Program-made: the position numbers and the translations under genes
Part shown: one piece after another, positions 12,073 through 22,620 of the stretch
How positions within the stretch are numbered: the first letter of the stretch is position 1
Layout: each line of letters starts with the position of its first letter
Source: Octopus bimaculoides
Lineage: Eukaryota
DNA: 51,525 bases
Reading direction: 5' to 3'
Assembly: GCF_001194135.2 (NCBI RefSeq)
Contig: NC_068987.1
Span: 48,107,443-48,158,967, forward strand
Notes under the pieces: generated by a model
What the model saw: only the letters and a program-made list of their open reading frames with translations
Told to the model about the DNA's origin: nothing
Database searches by the model: none

Positions 12073-12079
12073 TTAAGGG

Positions 12080-12400
12080 AAAGTACTCCCAGCATATGCA
12101 CTCATTCAGACCCAGAGATAGAGAACTCCACTTCCCTATCGTGCTTCCTCTGGAAACTTCAAGATAAAACACCCAGCATCAAGTGGACTATTGTCGACAG
12201 GGCACCATCGTATTCACCTGGTGCCCCTAATTGCCAGCTCTGCCTCCGAAAAACTGCATATCCTCTACCAACCCAAAGTATCCATCAACAAGAAATACAA
12301 TCTATCCCACTGCTGTTACCTGAGGTGTGCCCCTGTGGTAAATTTCAAGCCATTGGCCAACATCCCAGATATACCTCCTTAGTACCAGCTGCTTCCCTGC
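12080..12400 (+). mobile_element. Penelope-like element, GIY-YIG C-terminal remnant
   Basis: Translates PSIKWTIVDRAPSYSPGAPNCQLCL..KLHILYQPKVSINKK across small frameshifts. Confidence 0.7.
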
Positions 12401-13497
12401 ACAGCCTGCACTAAGGTCACCATCACCAACTAACACCCATAAGCAGGACAGAAATCACCAACCTCCAACACTTCTACCTGCATACTCTCACTCCTTGTAC
12501 ATAACCACACGAGTTTATATATGTGCACACAAGTCTGCATTACCACCATCTACATACATGTTGATATATACACACTAGTGTGTATACACATGCACATGCC
12601 CATATATGTGTGTGTTCATGCATGTACACACACTTATGTATGCGCAAGTGTGCATGTTCATATACTCATGTGCCTGTGTGCATGAGTGGGTACATGCACG
12701 CATGTGTTCATATATGTGTATATGCATACATGTACGTGTGTGTGGATGTGTGACTGTACATCTATGCACACACACACACTTACATAAATTCAGACACACA
12801 CACATATATAAGCACATACACATATATACTTGCACATCCACTGCCTTTTCCTACTTTCCCCCCTAACCAGGCAACCAATTTCCTGTCCATCACACAGCCA
12901 ATTTCCTGTTTATCATGTGGTACTTTCGAAATAATTGTTGTCACTGAAATAACATCAAACTGTGACACTGCATGACCTTTCTCAACCAATCGCAAGCTAA
13001 CATTCAGTAATAAACATTGACTTTCTATCAACCTCTTATTCAAATTCCAATAGCTGAAGATTAACATCAGGCTTGAAACTCAAAGTACCAAGGAATTTGT
13101 ATCAAACTGTTTGATCCATATATATATAATCCTCATTTAACATCCATCTTCCATGCATGCATGGGTAGGATGGCTGACAGGAGCCAGCCAGGTAGGAAAA
13201 CTACTCTAGGCTACTGTGTCTGTTTTGGTAGGGCTTTTACAGTTGGATGCCCTTCCTATTACCAACCACTCTGCAGAGTGGCCTCAAGGCTTTTTATGTA
13301 GCACTAGTGCAGGCGGGGTTAGTTTTAGCATGATTTTTGCAGCTGGATGCCATTCCAAATGCCAACCATTTTACAGTGTGGACTAGATGTTTTTTACTTG
13401 GCACCAGCACTTTCAGGGTCACCAAGTAACTCACAAAACAAGGAATTAAGAGAGGGGATAGGACATTTGAGGAGGGGAACTTGTGTCACTGGATGAA

Positions 13498-14358
13498 AGG
13501 GTATATCAAAAATTTCCCAGACTAATTATGTTTATTAAAAAAAAATAACTTATTTACCTAAGTTTTAACATCTAAAGAGAAGAACCCCACTTTCAGTCAT
13601 GAATGACCATGGGATTGCACCTAGAATGTTCCCACTCCTAGGCACAAGTCCAGGCAAGATTGTTTATGGAAGATCAGTAGCCGCCTATGCATACCAGCCT
13701 CCCCTCTCCATACCATTGATGCTATCCAAGGGTAAAGCGGAGGCCAATACAGCTTGGTATCAGTGACATCACAACACATTGCTACAACTGAGTGAACTGG
13801 AGCAACATGAAATAAAGTATCTTGCTCAAGAACACAACACACAACCTGGTCCAGGAATCAAACTCACTGCCACATGATTGTTAGCCTGAGACTAACTACT
13901 GAGCCATGTGCCTTCACTTTACCCTTTAAGTTTTAACATCATCTCCCTTGAAATGATCCCAGCATTCCTACCACTTCTGGAATCTGACCTGGAAGTCATT
14001 TTCTGTAAGTAGGTCAAGGACCTTCTGTAATTCGCTCCTCATCTTGACAATCCTGTTAAAACAGTGACCTTTGAGCAGCATTTTCATATTGGGGAAGAGA
14101 TGGAAGTCTGCAGGTGCTAAATCTGGTGAATAGGGCAGGTGCGGAAGCAATACCATGTTGTTTTTGGCATGAAACTCACAAGTGAGGAGAGTTCAGTGAT
14201 GGTGCATTGCCATCGTGAAGAATCCAATCCTTCATGTTCAACAGATCCAGTCACTTTAACTAAATGTCCTCCCTCAAGTGCTTCAAAATGTCACAGAACT
14301 CTCAATTGATGGTCTGGCCCTGGGGGATGAATTCTCGATGCACAAATCCATGAACACC
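13498..14358 (-). mobile_element. mariner transposase remnant, interrupted by a SINE
   Basis: ORF 13968-14156 contains LPYSPDLAPADFHLFPNMK, the mariner YSPDLAP motif. Confidence 0.85.
13573..13926 (-). mobile_element. tRNA-derived SINE inserted in the mariner remnant
   Basis: 14-bp TSD TAAGTTTTAACATC at 13559-13572 and 13927-13940. A/B-box-like head at the right end on the minus strand. Confidence 0.85.
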
Positions 14359-14589
14359 AAAAACACGCACTATATATTTTTTCTTCACTTGTTTATTACT
14401 GTTCTTATTTTATTATCTTAACTCATGTCCAATGTTCAGAAATCATAAGAACACACATGAAAACGGAAAGTATCACTGAAGAGGTCACAGATGTATGACA
14501 AAAGATTTCTGGACATTGGACAGGAGTTAAAATAATAAAATAAGAACAGTAATAAACGAATGAAGAAAAAATATATAGTGCGTGTTTTT
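14359..14589. mobile_element. Foldback/MITE-like inverted repeat
   Basis: 86-bp arms at 14359-14444 and 14504-14589 with few mismatches, separated by a 59-bp spacer. Confidence 0.85.
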
Positions 14590-14657
14590 ATTTAGCAAAA
14601 AAAAAAAAAAAAAAAAAAATTATCTTCTCGAAATACAATATATACATATGTATGCAC

Positions 14658-17533
14658 ACTCAATTCTCTTTTAGCATGTCTTTGAAATAACATGGTCCAA
14701 CAAAAAGAACCGATTTTTTTTTTGCACTAGTTTTTTTTTTACTTTAACACAGTTTAAACATCTATCCTTGTGTGACTACCGAATTTATTGCAAGTGGCAA
14801 GTAAACATTTAAGTAACAATTTAACAAAGTAAAATAGAATCCAATCTATTTTTTCCATATAGTGATCCCCCACTCTCCAGTGTGGGCAGGATGTGAATTT
14901 TTTATCCCCACGAGAGTTCCAGACCCCAGCCAATCAGAGGTCAACTATCAAACTAATTTATGAGCACATAACAAGTGATGGGCAATATGATAAGGTCACT
15001 TGAGTAAGGAATTACCATGCTTCTTTTCTCTTTTGATAATGCTTGTGTTCTAGTTCTTGTTTCAACCATGGCTGCCTCTGTGTAATTATTTGTGTTGTTG
15101 TTTACTTTCTAAAACAGTAAGGGGAGAGGGTTGTTAGCACATCACCCTCTATCTACATTTTTTGCCATCCACATCTTTACCATATGGGACCCAGCAAAAT
15201 CCAATCATAGGTATAGGTGCAAATCTATCTAATTACTTGTCTTCTAAAATCAGGCATAACTTGGCGATCGGTCAACTTACAACACCGTTCTTCATCTTGA
15301 ATTTACTTGGTAGAATGTGTTTGTTAACTTGACAAGATCATGGTGAGCTCTGATTGGCTTTATGGAAATGAGTTCATTACTGGGGTCTGGAACTCTCGTA
15401 GGAAAAAACTTTTGCAAGCAGGACTTATGCACTGTACATACTTCTGACTGCATGTAACGGTAGTTAACATCAGATCTAATACGGTAGATGTGTTGCGTGT
15501 TTCATCCTCTGCTATATTTTTTATTTGCAATCATGATAGTGATAACCTACCCCAAAATGTCGGTTGATACATCTAAAAAAGATAAAAGAGCATCAATTTC
15601 TTTGGAGAGCAAGATCAATATTATGGATCGTCTTTGTGAGGGCGAAAGTGCAGCATCCTTGGGTAGAGCTTTCTGCCTGAACGAAACTATGATAAGAATG
15701 ATCAAAAGGAATGATGCTGCCATTAGAAGATCTGTACCTTCTGGAACAAAATTATCTGCCAAGTCGTTGTCATATACAAGTGACATGATTCAAGAAAAAA
15801 TGGAGAAGGCTTTAATAATATGGATAGAAGAAAAAAAAAAAAAAAAAAGGATACCAGTAGATGGTAAAACCATAAAACAGATGGCATTATGATTTTACAA
15901 GAAGATTAATGATCTGGAGTCATCAAGTGCATTACATCTGTCTAGTGATAAAAAGAAGAATGAATTTGCTGCAAGTACGGGATGGCTTACAAAATTCCTC
16001 AAAAGATACGCACTGCATAATATAAAAATGAGAGGTGAAATTTCATCGGCAGAGAAGACTGCTGCTGAAGAATTTCTTCCAGAACTCTGCCAAAATAATT
16101 GAAGAAGGTGGTTGCATTTCAGACCAAGTTTTCAACACAGATGAAACTGGTCTCTTTTGGCAAAAAATGCCAAACAGAACATATATAGCAAAATCAGAGA
16201 AAAGTGCCAGTGGTCTTAAGGCAGCTAAAGACCAGGTAACTTTTTTGTTATGTAGCAACACTTCAGGAGATTGTTAAAGCCATTATTAATTAATAGATCA
16301 GTTAGTTCACATGCAATGAAAGGCGTAGACTTAAGTAAATTACCAGTTCATTGGAGAGCCAATAAAAAATTATGGATGACAGCAGAAATATTTACTGAAT
16401 GGTTTACCAACTGCTTCATTCCCAAAGTAAGAAGATAAATGGAAGATAAAGGTCTTGAGTTTAAAGTCCTTTTACTAATAGACAATGCACCTGGTCATCC
16501 AGATTTCAAATACCCGAGTGTAAAAGTCGTATTCTAATACATTGCTAGCGAACATTTGAATATATTAATGAACTAAAAAAAGATGGTACACTTTCAATCA
16601 TTCAAGCATGGAAAAACATTTACTATAATTAATTGTTAAATATGCTGCTCTGGTTTTATCCAAATTAAAGCCCTCCACCCTAAATGCATGCTGGAGATCA
16701 CTTTGGCCAGAATGTGCAAAGCATAAAAATCTCGTATCTAATATAAATATGAACGAATTACATCCTGATATCATTGCTTTGTCCCATCAGACTGGCAGAG
16801 AAGGTTTTGAAGAATTAACAATTGAAGATATTGCAGAATTAACAATTGACAAAGCTCCTAATGAAGAACAAATTATAGAGAGTATTTCAGAGAATGTATA
16901 TGATTCCACATTAGTTTATAGTAGTGATGATGAAGAAGTGGTTCCACGATCTGCAATTACAATTCTAGGACTCCATATAGCCAATAAACATGGAAATCAT
17001 TTTCTTATAAATGATAACAATGTTGAATGAGCTCTGCAATTCCAGCGTGATTTGAAAATGATGATGGTATGTTATGAAGAATCATATAAAGAACTAACAA
17101 AAACAAAATCAGTGTCTGATAACCGAATTCATATTCAGAACCAGTGAAACAAGAGAAACACAAGATGTTAAATTTTATTCAAGATATACATGAAGATATA
17201 TAGCTATTAAGTATTTCCAGTGATGAGAGTGATTTTGTGCCACTGAAAAACAGAAAGCGGGCACATTTACTGTCTAGTAGTGACACTGAATGACTATGTT
17301 TTATATGTGTGTGTGTGTGTGTGCGTGCATGTGTGCGTGCGTGCGTGTGTGTAAATAAAAATTTCAATTTAGCTGTATATGAAAATTAACATTTTTTTAC
17401 GAGTATTAAATATATTTGGATGGAACCTATTTCTTATTTTCCTAAGTACATTGTTTTTTGGGTTTCTTTTATACGGTTTTGTTTTAAATGGTGGTCTCTG
17501 GAAAGTATCCTCCATACAAAAAGAGAATTGAGT
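14658..17533 (+). mobile_element. pogo/Tigger-family DNA transposon, near full length, defective
   Basis: TIR ACTCAATTCTCTTTT at 14658 and its complement ending at 17533. Transposase from ATG 15557 with a CENP-B-type HTH, GWLTKFLKR, VFNTDETGLFW and LLLIDNAPGHP. Frameshifts and stops. Confidence 0.9.
14898..15410. repeat. Inverted repeat nested in the 5' region of the Tigger element
   Basis: Perfect 20-bp arms at 14910-14929 and 15380-15399 (ACGAGAGTTCCAGACCCCAG), extended by AGCCAATCAGAG / CTCTGATTGGCT. Confidence 0.7.
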
Positions 17534-17536
17534 TTA

Positions 17537-18784
17537 TTATACTAAAAGTTAAAGTTTGTTTTCCTGCCATTTGATTAAGATGATAAAAATTACAAATGAA
17601 ATAGTCATTTTCTCCTTTACGAGAAAGTAAATCAAGTTGAAAATGCCGACACTTCAAAGAGTCGTCGTCTGTCCTTTTTCCTTTTTTTTTTTGTCTCCTT
17701 TAATCATTTATACAACTTTCAGAGTGCTGTGACTTGAAAGAGAAATTCTCCCTATATTTTTGAATCACGGGTACTTGATTTTTTTTTTTCTTGAAGAGGA
17801 AAATTACTATTTTATTTAAAATAAAATATTAATCTTTTCTGGACTGCCATATTAGCTTAGCGATAACTATTAATACCCAGTACTGCTGCCATAGTCTCCT
17901 TCAGAGAGATTTAGAAATAATATTTCTATTTTTGAAAACCAGTGGATGTGTTCCTTCGAACAGACAGTCAACAGCAACGCCTGCTGGGTTTGACTACTCC
18001 ACATTGATAAAGGGCAAATACTCTGAAACTAGTCTGTGGATGTCTGAACCAGCATGGGGAAGCTGATGACCTCTCCTGCTCAAAGGTTGTAATGGACATA
18101 GGTTTGTGTGTCACATAGCTAGCTAGAAGCGATGGTTTCTTGGAGCTAATCAATGGCAGCATTCGTCCTATTTTTCTGGAATGCCATGCTAGTTTAGCAA
18201 TAACTATTAATACCCAGTACTGCTGCCATAGTCTCCTTTAGAGAGATTTAGAAATAAGAATGGAAAAACTAACAACAAATGGGTTGTACCTTGAAATCGT
18301 TGCCTGAGAAAGGTCAATGAAGTACGTCATCAAGTACACACTAAAAGGAAATGACCTAGCTGCTATTCAAATAAACAATGATAACGAAATTAGTCAATAT
18401 CTAATGGGTAGGTATACTGGACCAGCCAAAGCAGTTGAACAGAGAATATTGCACAGAAATAATGGGGATGTACATAGCTGTCAATGAACAACATATGAAA
18501 ACAACGTTGACAGAATGATGACTTTGCAAAAAACATAACTTTACACTGAAGTACCCATGTATTTCACTTGAAACTGTAGTAACAAAGAATGACAAAGAAG
18601 AAAACGAGGAAAAAAACTTGAAAGTAAAAGAAGAAACACTTGAACGTGTTTACGTTGTCACACCAAAAGCAGGAGAACTGTATTATTTAAGAATTTTATT
18701 ACATGAAGTTCAAAATAGTATTTTTTCCTTTCCAGCCGCGCATGAACATTTTCAACTTGGAGTGGTTGTGACGGGTACATCTAG
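17537..18784 (+). mobile_element. Helitron deletion derivative with Rep-domain remnants
   Basis: Translates NNKWVVP*N, KYVIKYTLKGND, NEISQYLMGRY and RVYVVTPKAGELYYLRILL, all Helitron Rep motifs. The 3' end reads ...CGGGTACAT-CTAG|T (18781-18785). The 5' boundary is tentative. Confidence 0.75.
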
Positions 18785-18786
18785 TG

Positions 18787-18856
<70 letters not shown>

Positions 18857-18860
<4 letters not shown>

Positions 18861-19004
18861 GAAGGGCATCCAGCTGTAGAAACTCTGCCAAATCAGACTG
18901 GAGCCTGGTGTTGCCATCCGGTTTCACCAGTCCTCAGTCAAATCGTCCAACCCATGCTAGCATGGAAAGCGGAGGTTAAACGACGATGATGATGATGATG
19001 ATGA
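18857..19004 (+). mobile_element. RTE-type 3' tail ending in (GAT)n
   Basis: Nearly identical by eye to 37197-37335. Confidence 0.85.
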
Positions 19005-19012
19005 TATATCAG

Positions 19013-19861
19013 GTGCATTCAAAAAGTATCCAACTTTATTTTTTCCCACCAAGACTAATGCCATGTGGGCAAAAAACTTTGGGTAGGAGGTGATGCCACC
19101 CTTCCGTACATGTGAGAATTTTTGTGCTGGTAGTTCCCACCTGTTATACCTCGAGTACAGATATGAAGAATGTACTCTTAGGATTTTCATTTCCACTGAA
19201 TGCATCAAGCAGAGATATTGCATCGAGTTTTGCCAAAATCTTGGTGATACTGAAGTTCAAACCATCCAGAAGATTCAGCACATAATGATGCCATGGACAA
19301 AACTCAGATCAAAGAGTGGTGCAACTGCTTCAATCATGGCCACACCTCAGTGGAGAGTGATGTGTGCTCAGGCAGGCCATATACAAGCCAAAATGAGGAT
19401 CCTGTTATGTAACAAACTAAGAAATTGTTCATGAAGTGGAAATAAGTACAGGATCAGTGCATTCCATTTTAATGGAGGATTTATGTATGTAGAGAGTCAG
19501 TAAAATTCACCCCCAAGGTGCTGGCAGAGCAGCAGAAGCAACACTGCATGGAAATCACTCAGGACATGCTGGACTGTGCCAACCAGTAGTCAGACTTCAT
19601 GAAGACCATCACTGGTGATGAGACGTGGGTTTATGGTCTCTGCTTGATGCATTTGGTCATCTTCTGTGGAAACAAAAACCTGAAGAGCACACACTACATA
19701 TCTGTATTCTAGGTGTAACAGTTGGGTAGTGACACAACCTACCAGTATAAAAATTTTCATACACACAGAGAAAGAGTGGCATCACCTTCCACTCAAAGGA
19801 TTTTTCCCACATGGCATTAGTTTTGGCAGAAAAAATAAAATCAAATACTTTATGAATGCAC
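19013..19861 (+). mobile_element. mariner deletion derivative with very long TIRs
   Basis: Inverted repeats at about 19013-19165 and 19697-19861. Internal EQRYCIEFCQNLGDT-like and MKTITGDETWVYG motifs. Confidence 0.85.
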
Positions 19862-19868
19862 TTCTTGA

Positions 19869-19921
<53 letters not shown>

Positions 19922-19924
<3 letters not shown>

Positions 19925-20075
19925 CAGGCTTCCACAGTTTCCATCATCTACCAAGTTCTCTCACAAGGCATTGGACAGCCTCAGTCAGGGCTATAGTACA
20001 AGATACACTTGTCCAAAGTATTGCACTGTAGGGCTGAAACCAAACCAAGTGAGCTTCATAAACACAGCTATGCTT
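19922..20075 (-). mobile_element. Degenerate tRNA-derived SINE
   Basis: Diverged copy of the 65-221 family. Confidence 0.7.
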
Positions 20076-20099
20076 GTGTCTATATACATGTACATTTCT

Positions 20100-22010
20100 A
20101 CAACTCGTTCAACTGATTTTGTAAAATGTAAAAACCTATTTACATGCTAAAATTTTTAAAAAGATTTCCAGAGAATGAAAACTGAAGTCTGTCACCCACC
20201 CGAGAAAGCAGTAATTAACGTAAGTAGCCAACATCTAGAAAGCTCTGAAGAACCAGTACTAAACAAAGGTCTCAACTTTGCGACATCCATCAAGTGCATT
20301 CTATACTTGGACATAATAACCCCTATTGAACAGATAGCCATAAAGATACCAAAAGCTCAGGGAGATGAACTAAGGTGGAAAGCGAGACAGGTACTAGAAA
20401 AAGCGAAACTTCCCAAACCAAACATCACTAAGGAAGAAAAGTTTGCTATCAAAAGACTACAGAGTGACAATTACATCATAATACTTCCAGCAGACAAGGG
20501 AAATGCTACAGTGGTGATGAAGAAGTCTGACTACCAGGAAAAATTGGCAAGTCTTATAAGTGATGGTAGCTACAGCAAAGTGAAGAAAGACCCAACTCTG
20601 AAAACAGAGAGGAAGTTGTCACAGATCTTGATCAAGAACAAGGATCACTTTATACCAATGAAGTACAGACAACTGACTCAACACTATAGTAAACTACCAC
20701 ACATGCACAGTCTCCCTAAGATTCACAAGACCTATAGATGCCATTAAGACCTATAGTGAGCTGTAGAGGTTCAGCATGTCATCTACTGAGCCGCTTCCTT
20801 GTGGATATAATCAGTCCATTAGCAGGAAAGTCAACATCATACATGAAGAATTCCATCCACTTCACAGAACTGATCAAGGATACCCCCACTGGATACAACC
20901 AGATGGTGAGTCTAGATGTGATAAGTCTGTTCACCAAAGTCCCAATTGACTAAGGACTATTGGTGATTCAAGAAAAACTAGTGACAGACACCCATTTAAA
21001 AGAATGTACTAGTATACCAATAGGAAACTTGATGGAACTACTACCTACTTCAGAATGGACACTGTATAGCGACAGAGAGAGGGTTTAGTTATGGGTTCAC
21101 CATTATCACCGATAATAGCCAATATATACATGGAATACTTTGAGAATTTGGCTTTAGGATCAACACCACTAAAACCAAACCTATGGCTGCTATATGTTGA
21201 TGACACCTTTATACTCTGGCCCCACCAGGAAGATGTCCAAGTACTGTGATCATGTGAACTCAATAAAGCCATCCATACAGTTCACAATGGAAAAGGAAAA
21301 AGACAATCAGTTAGCATTCCTGGATGTATACTGTATACCGCAAGTCAACCTTCATTGGATGATACCTCAACTTCAATTCCCACTATCCATAAAACATCAA
21401 GCAAAGAATATAAGTAATAATCCTGATACACACCATGAAGAAATAATCAAGCTAAGTAACAATCTATTAAGCAACAACTACCCCCCCAAAACATACTATC
21501 CACTCCAATTATGAAGAAAAGACAGGATGAAACCAATAAACTGACCACAGTCTGTCTCCCCTATGTGAAAGGCCTCTCCGAAAAGATACAAAAGATATGC
21601 AGCCCATATCATATCAGGACAGTATTCAAGAGTAATACAACACTTTGCAAATATCTCCAAGTAAAACCACTAATAGAAGAGAATATGACCAAAGACTGCG
21701 TGTACTCCATCTCATGCAGCTGTGGTAGGCAAAACATGTTTCCCCCTCAAAATAAGGGTAGAGGAACATCGCAAAGCTGTGACATGAGATATTGATAAAT
21801 CAGGTATAGCTGATCATGTATGGAAAAACAGAAACCACCTCCCCCGTGGGATGAAGTTAAAATAATAGAGAACACCAGTAGAGAATACGAAAACTAAAAG
21901 AAGCAACACATATGCTAGGACATAATAACCTCCTAAGCAGACCAAGTGCAGATATGAGTAGCATATGAGAACCGGTATGAAGGAAGTATAGGAAAATATT
22001 AGATTTATAA
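20100..22010 (+). pseudogene. Penelope-like retroelement ORF (RT plus GIY-YIG), 5'-truncated and disrupted
   Basis: Motifs ILPADKGNATVVM, LPKIHK, PLRPIVS, VSLDVISLFTKVP, MGSPLSPIIANIYME, YVDDTF, and CVYSISCSCG (GIY-like), spread over frameshifted ORFs. Confidence 0.92.
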
Positions 22011-22042
22011 GCCCTAAAATTCACTCCATAATTGCTCATAGG

Positions 22043-22255
22043 TATATGGCATAGTGGTTAAGAGCACGGGCTACTAACCCCAAGATTCCAAGCTCGATTC
22101 CAGGCAGTGACATCAAAAAATACCTTAGGAATGAGAACCCAGGTTCGGAATTTCCCCAAGACACCTGATGAAGGCTGGAGAGTATATCAGCCAAAACGTT
22201 GTGTTAACAAACAAGATGAGGACAAATATCCATCAAATGTAAATAATTTAAATTA
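22043..22255 (+). mobile_element. tRNA-headed short element (SINE or PLE pseudo-LTR) with a hammerhead-bearing tail
   Basis: A box TGGCATAGTGG at 22047, anticodon-arm-like GGG-CTACTAA-CCC, degenerate B box AGCTCGATTCC at 22091, followed by the hammerhead motif. Confidence 0.75.
22160..22205 (+). ncRNA. Minimal type-I hammerhead ribozyme; this copy has G12 mutated to A
   Basis: GACAC-CTGATGA-A-GGCTG-[GAGAGTATAT]-CAGCC-(A)AAAC-GTT-GTGTT. Stem I GACAC/GTGTT, core CUGAUGA, stem II GGCUG/CAGCC, loopless palindromic stem III AC-GU, cleavage triplet GUU. Confidence 0.75.
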
Positions 22256-22384
22256 TGTTTACTATGTTTGAATCTCAAACCTGTGCTCACAACAACAGCC
22301 TATGTAATTATTATTGCATATTTACCAATAAGATCAGAAGAGATCTATTTTCTGTTATATGTAAAAAAAAAAAACGTATCTTAT

Positions 22385-22620
22385 AACTCATTAATCCTGC
22401 ACGCATAAGCAAAGCAGGGCTATTGTAGTCACTCCTCTTAGTCTGTCTAGGTGTTTGCAAAATTACTGGAAAACAGCTGAACAGATTTTCACCAAATTTG
22501 GCAGAGATACTCATTGGGTGAGTGGCTCAAACTCATTAAATTTTGATTTGATTACCTTCAAAACTGGTGGACAGGTGAATCAAAATTTTTTTCTTCTTTG
22601 TTACATATGCAGGAGAAATA
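22385..22620. mobile_element. Helentron-associated (HINE/DINE-1-like) short element, degenerate
   Basis: GTCTGTCT followed by GCAAAATTACTGGAAAACAGCTGAACAGATTTTCACCAAATTTGG, a layout recalled from HINE-type elements. Confidence 0.4.

Noticed and set aside
17723-17770. + strand exon-like segment with a strong acceptor
   Set aside because: Stops in all three frames, and it lies within the putative Helitron.
22043-22110. Functional tRNA gene
   Set aside because: Degenerate B box, no acceptor stem and no oligo-T terminator. It is a tRNA-derived element head.
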